Of a stretch of 64,000 bases of DNA, positions 28,952 to 36,103 are shown piece after piece (the stretch's first letter is position 1; each line of letters opens with the position of its first letter). The DNA comes from Lachnospiraceae bacterium GAM79. Lineage in GTDB: Bacteria > Bacillota_I > Bacilli_A > RFN20 > CAG-826. Made by a program: the position numbers and the translations under genes. The notes beneath the pieces are model-generated. The model had not been told where the DNA came from. It did no database searches and was given only the letters and a program-made list of their open reading frames with translations. Where the stretch lies: assembly GCA_963619035.1 (NCBI GenBank), contig CAVEUC010000007.1:3127-67126 (forward strand). Direction: 5' to 3'.

Positions 28952-30691
28952 ATGGAAGAAGAAATTTTAAAAAATATAAATAGTTATGAAGATTTTAAAA
29001 AGTTAGATATTTCTAAACTTCCTTTTTTATGTAAAGAAATTAATAAAGTTATTATTAATAAATGTAGTGAAACTGGTGGACATCTCGCTAGTAATTTAGG
29101 TGTCAATGAGCTCATTGTCGCACTTGATTATGTATTTAATTTAGATGAAGATAAATTGATATTTGATGTATCTCATCAAACTTATACTCATAAAATAATC
29201 ACAGGAAGAAAAGAAAAGTTTTTAGATACAAAAACATATGGAAATAGTGCCTCTTTTTCTAATTATAAAGAATCAAAATATGATTTATTTACTTTAGGTC
29301 ACACATCAAGTTCAATAAGCTTAGGATATGGAATGGCTAAAGCTAGAGATTTAAAAAAAGAAAAATACAATATTATTTCTTTAATAGGCGATGGGTCTTT
29401 AAGTGGGGGAGAAGCTTTTGAAGGATTGAATAACGCTTCTACTTTAAAATCTAATTTTATTATTGTTATTAATGATAATGATATGTCTATTGCTGATGAT
29501 GTAGGATTTTTATATAAAAATTTATATGATTTAAAGTTAAATAAAGGAGAATCAAAACATAATATATTTAAAGATTTTGGATATGAATATAAATATATTG
29601 AAGAAGGAAATGATGTTATTAAATTAATTGAAGAATTTAATAAAATAAAAGATATAAATAAACCAATAGTTGTTCATGTACATACATTAAAAGGTAATGG
29701 ATATAATTACGCTATTGAAAATAAAGAACAATGGCATTATAGAGCTCCATTTAATATTATTGATGGAAAATTAAAAAAAGAGATGGGAAATACGTATGAA
29801 ATTATAAACCATGATTATTTTTGTAATCTTTTAGATAATAGAAAAGATGTTATTTTAGTTACTGCTGGAACTCCTAAAAATTTTGGTTTTTCTAAAAATG
29901 ATAGAGAGAAATATAAAGATAATTTTGTGGATGTTGGAATTGCTGAACAAAGTGCAATTTCATTATCTTTAGGTATAAGTAAAAATAGGATTAAACCAAT
30001 AGTAAATATTAGTAGTAATTTCTTGCAAAGAGGATTTGATCAAATCGCTCATGAAATTTCATTAAATAGTCCAGATATTACTTTTTTAGTTGGATATGGA
30101 GGCTATCAAAAAGCTAGTTGTACTCATCAAAATGTATTAGATATTTTAATGATTTCTAATATACCAAATATCAATTATTATGCCCCATGTTATAAAGAAG
30201 AATATTTATATTTATTAGATTATTCTTTAAAAAATGGTGGTACTAATTTTATAAGAGTTCCTAATGGTTTAGCTTTATCTAAAAATATTAAAATAAAAGA
30301 TGTTAATAAATATGATTATTTAATTAAAGAAGATAGTGTTGCCTTAATTGGAATAGGAAAAACTAAGGAAAAAGCATTTATATTACATGATTTATTAAAA
30401 GAAAAGAATATAAATTCAAGCGTAATTAACGTATTAAATATTTCAAATGTAGATATAGATTTCATTAATAATCTTACTAAAAAACATCAATTAATTATTG
30501 TAATTGAAGATGGAATGAAAGAAGGTGGATTTGGAGAAAAACTAGTAAGTTTTGCTAAAAATATCACCGTATTTAATTATGGTTTAAATAAAAAATATTA
30601 TGATTTTGTAGATGAAAATGACGCTTATAAAGATAGCGGAATGGATAATGAATCTATATTAAATGATATTTTAAAATTTTTTCAAAACTGA
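28952..30691 (+). CDS. DXS-like ThDP-dependent enzyme (1-deoxy-D-xylulose-5-phosphate synthase family, atypical)
   Basis: 579 aa. Motifs GGHLASNLG, ThDP/Mg motif GDGSLSGGEAFEGLNN...NDND, VGIAEQSA and CTHQN. See the findings for substitutions at the expected GAP-binding arginines. Confidence 0.7.
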   Translation: MEEEILKNINSYEDFKKLDISKLPFLCKEINKVIINKCSETGGHLASNLGVNELIVALDYVFNLDEDKLIFDVSHQTYTHKIITGRKEKFLDTKTYGNSASFSNYKESKYDLFTLGHTSSSISLGYGMAKARDLKKEKYNIISLIGDGSLSGGEAFEGLNNASTLKSNFIIVINDNDMSIADDVGFLYKNLYDLKLNKGESKHNIFKDFGYEYKYIEEGNDVIKLIEEFNKIKDINKPIVVHVHTLKGNGYNYAIENKEQWHYRAPFNIIDGKLKKEMGNTYEIINHDYFCNLLDNRKDVILVTAGTPKNFGFSKNDREKYKDNFVDVGIAEQSAISLSLGISKNRIKPIVNISSNFLQRGFDQIAHEISLNSPDITFLVGYGGYQKASCTHQNVLDILMISNIPNINYYAPCYKEEYLYLLDYSLKNGGTNFIRVPNGLALSKNIKIKDVNKYDYLIKEDSVALIGIGKTKEKAFILHDLLKEKNINSSVINVLNISNVDIDFINNLTKKHQLIIVIEDGMKEGGFGEKLVSFAKNITVFNYGLNKKYYDFVDENDAYKDSGMDNESILNDILKFFQN

Positions 30692-32233
30692 TTTAAAATC
30701 TTTATCAAAAGAATAAACTACATCTTCATCTTTTTTATGATCGTCATACCAAATTTGAGCGTAAATCTTATCTTTTTTTGCTAATCTATCAAAATCCCAA
30801 ACGATTTCACTATATGATTTATTGTACCAATGTCCTCCTTTTAAGATTGTAAAAGGAGTGGATTTAAATTTAATACCATCTTGATTTTCCCATTCTAAAA
30901 GAGAATAAACATCACCTTTATTAAATTCTTTTGTTAATAACTTTCCACCATGAGCATTAGCAACATTAATCAAATCATCGATATCGATATCTTTTAAATT
31001 TTTATTATCATCATAAAAATAATTTAGTTTATATTTTTCAGGATTATTTTGCATTTCTTTTAAAGAAATTTTTTCACCTTCAAAACCTTTATCTTCATTC
31101 AGTAAATTAAAATTATTCCAATCAGTACCTAATGAATCATAAAATTCTTTTGAATAGAATGTTGCCTTAATTCTTGCTTCATCATTTATTTTTACCCATT
31201 TAGTAGGAGCATTATTATCTTTTAATAAAGGTTTAATAACTAATCCACCGATCATTTTTTTAGGTAAATGAGCTGCGATTTTAAAATAAAAATGACTATC
31301 ACCTATAGCTTTAAAATAATCTTCGTAATTATCATTTATATAATGAAACATATTATCTAATTCTAATGAATCACTAAACCAACAACCATGGAAATTTCTA
31401 ATAGCATTATAGTTAGGTTTAAAGAAATCTTTAGTAGATCCTCCGATTAATTTAAATCCAATATCTAATGTTTTATAACCAGTAATTTGATTCTTTGATC
31501 CGCCACCTAAATTAAAAATATGCTTCCAAAAATTATCTTCATTTAATTTTCCATCTATATCATCTTTAATTATATTTGCAATTAATAAACCACTATCTTC
31601 AGCACTAGCCCATTCTAAAAAAGTATTAAAAGGGGTGTGAAACATAAGTCCATCAGAAACATTTTGCATCATTAATTCTTTATAAATCATCGCTGTTTGT
31701 CTAATTACAGTCCATGTTTTTATTGAAGAATCTAAAACTTCTTTTTCTCCTCTAGCTTTTGTTAAAGCATAAATATCTAGAGGTGAAAAAAGTAAAGGAT
31801 CACCTACTTTGACAAATGGATGTTTATAAGTTCTATTTCCATATAAAGCAACAGTAGAAATATGTATTAATTTTGGTTGATTCCCTTTAATATCTTCAAT
31901 GCATTTAACAAGATTTTTAACACCTAAATAATTACAATCGTATGCTTTTTGAGGATATTTATCTGAAGCAGGAGGTATAACAGCTGCCATATTGATAACG
32001 TAATCAACATCTTTAATTAGTTCTTTTATTGCTTTTTCATCTTGCAATAATCCATGAATAAAGATAATTCTATCCATGTCATTTTTTACAATTCTTTTAA
32101 TTGTTTTAAATTTTTTGTTATTGTGAGGGATTAAAAGTTTAATTTTATCGATTTCTTTAATCTCTAAAATTTTCTTTAAAACTTGTTTTCCCATATTACC
32201 GGTTGAACCAGTTATTGCTATATTTCGTTTCAT
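30671..32233 (-). CDS. Extended SDR (NAD-dependent epimerase/dehydratase family) with an uncharacterised C-terminal domain
   Basis: 520 aa. Rossmann motif ITGSTGNMG, catalytic YALTK (YxxxK), and an extra C-terminal region of about 120 aa. Its 3' end overlaps the convergent DXS-like gene by 21 nt. Confidence 0.65.
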   Translation of the reverse strand: MKRNIAITGSTGNMGKQVLKKILEIKEIDKIKLLIPHNNKKFKTIKRIVKNDMDRIIFIHGLLQDEKAIKELIKDVDYVINMAAVIPPASDKYPQKAYDCNYLGVKNLVKCIEDIKGNQPKLIHISTVALYGNRTYKHPFVKVGDPLLFSPLDIYALTKARGEKEVLDSSIKTWTVIRQTAMIYKELMMQNVSDGLMFHTPFNTFLEWASAEDSGLLIANIIKDDIDGKLNEDNFWKHIFNLGGGSKNQITGYKTLDIGFKLIGGSTKDFFKPNYNAIRNFHGCWFSDSLELDNMFHYINDNYEDYFKAIGDSHFYFKIAAHLPKKMIGGLVIKPLLKDNNAPTKWVKINDEARIKATFYSKEFYDSLGTDWNNFNLLNEDKGFEGEKISLKEMQNNPEKYKLNYFYDDNKNLKDIDIDDLINVANAHGGKLLTKEFNKGDVYSLLEWENQDGIKFKSTPFTILKGGHWYNKSYSEIVWDFDRLAKKDKIYAQIWYDDHKKDEDVVYSFDKDFKSVLKKF

Positions 32234-32334
32234 ATGTATAGATTTTAAACCTTAAATGTAAAAAAATGAAATATTATTTTTTCTTAAACTTATTAAATAT
32301 GTTAATATTTATTTATGAGGGAGGATTTTTTATT

Positions 32335-33516
32335 ATGAAAAAATCTACAATTGTAATGTTTGTTATTACAGCTATATTATTTGTGCTAGGAATAGGCGCA
32401 TCTTATTATGGAATTTATTCTACTTTTACGAAAGATACTATCTCTACAGTATTAGACATGATTAAAGCAATTCCAGTCGTTAGAAATGTTGATATTGGAT
32501 TAGCAGGATTTACATTTGTTTTATTTTTAGCTCACTTAATTGTAAGTTTAGTTGATAAAAAGAAAGTTAATTTAAGTATAAGCTTTGTAAGTTTAGTTTT
32601 AGGATCTTGCGCATCAATTTCAACAGCAATAGGATGTTATAGAGCTATTAATATAATTAATAAAAGTGAAGCATTTGAAAATAGTATTTCTAATTATTTA
32701 ATATTAGGTGGAACTTTAATTTCAATTCTTGCTTATTTATTCATGTTAATCACTGTGATTATTTCTTTAAAAGGTAAAAAAGTTGAAGAAAAAGTAGTAG
32801 CAGTTGAAACTAGTGAAGTTGAAGAAAATAAAGCAGAAGAACATCAAGTAGAAGAACCTGATGAAGTAAAAGAAGAACCTGTTTCTGTAGCAGAATCTAA
32901 AGAAGAAGCACCTGTTGAAACTAAAGAAGATGTAAAAGAAGAATCTGTTGAAGAACAAAAAGAAGAAGTTGTTACTCCAATAGAAACCAAAGAAGAAAAA
33001 CCAGTTGAAGAAACTCCAGTAACAGAAGAACAAAAAAATGTTACAGAAAATGACGTTGTTGATTCTAAAAAAGAAGAAAATGTTGTAAAATTAGAAGATA
33101 AAGAAGAAAAAGCAGAAGAAAAACCTGCTAAAAAAGCAAATAATAAAAAAGGAGCAAAGAAAACCATGGCAACAGAAAAGAAAGAAACAAAGAAAGTAGC
33201 AGAAAAAGAAACTAAAACTGCTGAAAAGAAACCAGCAGCTAAAAAAGCTGCAACTACTACAAAAGTAGCAGAAAAACCAGCAGCTAAAAAAGAAGCTGCA
33301 GATAAGAAAGCACCTTCAAAGGCATATCATCTTTCAAAAAGAGAAGAAGATGGTAAATGGGCTATTAAATTAGCAAAAGGTGAAAAGGTTATTAAACTTT
33401 TCAATACTAAAGCAGAAGCTTTAGAATATGCTAATAAATTATCTGATAATCAAGATGCAACTTTAAGAGTTCACGCTTCAAAAGGAAAATCAAAAGGTAA
33501 AATCCAAAAACAATAG
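32335..33516 (+). CDS. Membrane protein with an acidic E/K/V-rich linker, a basic AKK-rich tail and a C-terminal DUF2188-like domain
   Basis: I moved the start to ATG 32335 (GAGGGAGG RBS). The ORF-track start at 32266 lacks an RBS. About four N-terminal TMs. The C-terminus YHLSKREEDGKWAIKLAKGEKVIKLFNTKAEALEYANKL...LRVH fits the DUF2188 pattern. Confidence 0.7.
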   Translation: MKKSTIVMFVITAILFVLGIGASYYGIYSTFTKDTISTVLDMIKAIPVVRNVDIGLAGFTFVLFLAHLIVSLVDKKKVNLSISFVSLVLGSCASISTAIGCYRAINIINKSEAFENSISNYLILGGTLISILAYLFMLITVIISLKGKKVEEKVVAVETSEVEENKAEEHQVEEPDEVKEEPVSVAESKEEAPVETKEDVKEESVEEQKEEVVTPIETKEEKPVEETPVTEEQKNVTENDVVDSKKEENVVKLEDKEEKAEEKPAKKANNKKGAKKTMATEKKETKKVAEKETKTAEKKPAAKKAATTTKVAEKPAAKKEAADKKAPSKAYHLSKREEDGKWAIKLAKGEKVIKLFNTKAEALEYANKLSDNQDATLRVHASKGKSKGKIQKQ

Positions 33517-33605
33517 TTAAAAATGCATAGCAAGAATAAAATTTCATTTTTTGAAAAATTATTCTTGCTATAAATTATTGTTTATGGTAAATTTATAAAG
33601 CACAC

Positions 33606-33681
33606 GGACCAGTGGTGTAGCGGTTAACATGTCGCTCTGTCACAGCGAAGATCGCGAGTTCGATTCTCGTCTGGTCCGCCA
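33606..33681 (+). tRNA. tRNA-Asp (anticodon GTC)
   Basis: 76 nt including CCA. Acceptor GGACCAG/CTGGTCC, anticodon loop CTGTCAC, T-loop TTCGATT. Confidence 0.9.
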
Positions 33682-33726
33682 GCAATTTGAAAGTAATGGG
33701 CTTAACAGCCCTTTATTAATATATGT

Positions 33727-33803
33727 GGCCCGGTAGCTCAGTTGGTAGTAGCGGAGGACTGAAAATCCTTATGTCGTGGGTCCGAGTCCCACTTGGGCCA
33801 CCA
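33727..33803 (+). tRNA. tRNA-Phe (anticodon GAA), atypical T-loop
   Basis: 77 nt including CCA. Acceptor GGCCCGG/TTGGGCC with two G-U pairs. Anticodon loop CTGAAAA. T-arm GTGGG-TCCGAGT-CCCAC, so position 55 is C. One C-U mismatch in the D-stem. Confidence 0.8.
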
Positions 33804-33815
33804 GTTAAGAAAATT

Positions 33816-33843
33816 AGTCTGATTAGTTATCGGACTTTTTTTA
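33816..33843 (+). terminator. Rho-independent terminator after the tRNA-Asp/Phe pair
   Basis: Stem-loop AGTCTGA-TTAGTTA-TCGGACT (7 bp including one G-U) followed by T7. Confidence 0.75.
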
Positions 33844-33940
33844 TTGTTATTTTATTCTATACTATAACATTTATATCTTAATATTATTTTAATTTTATAT
33901 ATAGTTTGTGATTATGTATAATTTTTAAGAGGTAAATTTT

Positions 33941-35236
33941 ATGAAAAAAAGAAGAATTTTTCCTATATTATTAACTGCATTAGCATTATTCTCTTGTAGT
34001 CCAGATAATGGTGGAAATAACAATAACAATAATGATAATAATCAAAATAATAATAATAATAATAATGGTGATAACAACAATAATGACCAAACAAGTTATG
34101 ATGAAAATGCAACTCATGATGGAACAGTATCTTCACCATTAAGTTGTAAAGAAGCTTCAACATTAGCATCAGCTTTATCTTCTAGTGATTCAATTACAAA
34201 ATATGTTTATGGAGTTGTTACTTCATTTCATAAAGATGGTATTAGTCCATCTTTCGGAAACGCAACTTTCTATATGAAATCTGCAGATACTGAATTATTA
34301 GTTTGGAGATGCAAATATTATAATAGTGAAAAATTTACTACAGGAAGTGAATTTAAAGTTGGAGATAAAATTGTATTAAATGCAACTTTAATAAATTATC
34401 AAGGAAATACGCCTGAAGCTGATGTAAATTCTTATATTTATTCAATTAATGGTGTTACTAAGGGTAGTGATTCTGGTAATAATAATGATAGTGGTGATAA
34501 CAACAATAACAATAATAACAACAATGGTACAGATAGTAGTGAAAAATTCCCTGTTACAGATGATATAAATAAGTATTATGAATTAGTTACAGATGATTTA
34601 ACTGGTGGAATGAATGGAACTTTAAGAACTACTTTAACTAAAATTTCTAAACCTAAAGCTTCTTATGAATATAGCAGTGGCTTAGCTGGATTATTACCTG
34701 ATAGTAATGAAGATCCTAATAATAGTTCTAATATGATTTATTTTTATACTCATAAAAGTGTAAAGAAGAACGCAGCATCAACTTGGAATAGAGAACATAC
34801 TTGGCCTCAATCTTTATCAGGTGGTTTATATGGTAAGTCTGGTGGAGGTTGTGATGCTTTACACATTATGCCAACTTATAACAAAACTAATACCACAAGA
34901 GGCAATTTAAAATTTGGATATTGTAGTAATGGAACTGTTCAAACATATGAAGGCGTTCAATACGCTAAAACATCTGGTGGCTATTTTGAACCAATGGACA
35001 GTGTAAAAGGGGATTGTGCAAGAATTGTATTCTATATGTGGACAACATATTTCGCTTCAAGAAATCATTCGATTACTAACGTAGCTCAAAGTATTCAAAC
35101 GATGATAGAACGGAACAAATTAGATCCAGTTGACGATTTAGAAAGAATGAGAAATAAAGTTGTATTTGCTAGCAAACAAAATAATAGAAATCCATTTGTC
35201 GATCATCCTGAATGGGTTGAAAAAATCTTCGGATAA
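33941..35236 (+). CDS. Surface lipoprotein nuclease, endonuclease I (EndA/NucM) family with poly-Asn linkers
   Basis: 431 aa. Lipobox ALFS-C. Endonuclease-I motifs NREHTWPQS, DALHIMPTYNKTNTTRGN and NRNPFVDHPEW. Two Asn/Asp/Gly-rich low-complexity linkers. Confidence 0.8.
   Translation: MKKRRIFPILLTALALFSCSPDNGGNNNNNNDNNQNNNNNNNGDNNNNDQTSYDENATHDGTVSSPLSCKEASTLASALSSSDSITKYVYGVVTSFHKDGISPSFGNATFYMKSADTELLVWRCKYYNSEKFTTGSEFKVGDKIVLNATLINYQGNTPEADVNSYIYSINGVTKGSDSGNNNDSGDNNNNNNNNNGTDSSEKFPVTDDINKYYELVTDDLTGGMNGTLRTTLTKISKPKASYEYSSGLAGLLPDSNEDPNNSSNMIYFYTHKSVKKNAASTWNREHTWPQSLSGGLYGKSGGGCDALHIMPTYNKTNTTRGNLKFGYCSNGTVQTYEGVQYAKTSGGYFEPMDSVKGDCARIVFYMWTTYFASRNHSITNVAQSIQTMIERNKLDPVDDLERMRNKVVFASKQNNRNPFVDHPEWVEKIFG
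34046..34066 (+). repeat. Perfect (AAT)7 trinucleotide microsatellite inside the nuclease gene
   Basis: Seven consecutive AAT codons encoding Asn7. A second imperfect AAC/AAT tract lies at about 34497-34527. Confidence 0.9.
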
Positions 35237-35257
35237 TTATTAAATTAAATTTAAAAA

Positions 35258-35288
35258 AGTAACCTTTTTGAAGGTTACTTTTATTTTA
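35258..35288 (+). terminator. Rho-independent terminator after the nuclease gene
   Basis: Stem-loop AGTAACCTT-TTTG-AAGGTTACT followed by a T-rich tail. Confidence 0.75.
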
Positions 35289-35367
35289 TTGGTGGTTTTT
35301 ATATATAAAAATATTTATTTATAAATGAATTAGTAGTAAAATAAAAAAGATTTTTAAGGAGTATTTT

Positions 35368-36072
35368 ATGGGAAGACATTTCGAAGTTAGAGCTGCAGCA
35401 ATGGCTGCAACAGCAAAGCAAAAAAGCGCTATTTATATGCGTGCTAGTAAAGAAATTTACATGGCAGCAAAAAAAGGTGTCCCTGATCCTAACTCAAACT
35501 TAGCACTTAGATCTGCTATTGAAAAATATAGAAAATCTTGTCCAAGAGATGTTATTGATAGAGCTATTAAGAAAGCTCAAGGTGGCGATGCTACAAACTA
35601 TATTGAAGGTACATATGAAGCATATGGTCCAGCAGGAAGCTATTTAATTGTCGATACATTAACAGATAATTCTAATAGAGCATTAGTTAGTGTTAGAACT
35701 ATTATCACTAGAAAAGGCGGACATTTAGGAAGCGTTGGATATAATTTTGAAAATGCTGGTTTATTTGATTTTAATTACACAGGAACTGAAGAATCATTAG
35801 AAGAAGCTTTAGTTTTAGGTGATGTTGATGTTAAAGAAATTTCATTAGAAGATGGAATTGCTGAAGTTGTTGTAAATCCAAGTGATTTTGAAAAAGCAAA
35901 AGAAATTTTAAAAGAATTAGGTGTCAGTGAATTTGAAGTTAGCCAAGTTACTAAGATCGCTAATGAAACTATCACATTAGAAGGTGATGAATTAACTAAA
36001 TTTAAAGAACTTCTCGCTCAACTTGATGATTGCGAAGACGTTCAAGCAGTATATCATAACGTTGATTTATAA
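35368..36072 (+). CDS. YebC/PmpR (TACO1) family protein
   Basis: 234 aa. IYMRASKEIYMAAKKGVPDPNSNLALRSAIEKYRK...YEAYGPAGSYLIVDTLTDNSNR matches the family pattern (closest to the YeeI-type paralogue). Confidence 0.8.
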   Translation: MGRHFEVRAAAMAATAKQKSAIYMRASKEIYMAAKKGVPDPNSNLALRSAIEKYRKSCPRDVIDRAIKKAQGGDATNYIEGTYEAYGPAGSYLIVDTLTDNSNRALVSVRTIITRKGGHLGSVGYNFENAGLFDFNYTGTEESLEEALVLGDVDVKEISLEDGIAEVVVNPSDFEKAKEILKELGVSEFEVSQVTKIANETITLEGDELTKFKELLAQLDDCEDVQAVYHNVDL

Positions 36073-36103
36073 AATAAATATAAGAATAAAGTGAGGTTTA
36101 TAT

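Noticed and set aside
32767-33167. Two long minus-strand ORFs (88 aa and 107 aa) rich in Phe, Ser and Thr, lying opposite the E/K-rich gene.
   Set aside because: They are the complement of a purine-rich (GAA/AAA) low-complexity coding tract, so stop codons are simply absent on the pyrimidine-rich strand. There is no RBS and no independent support.
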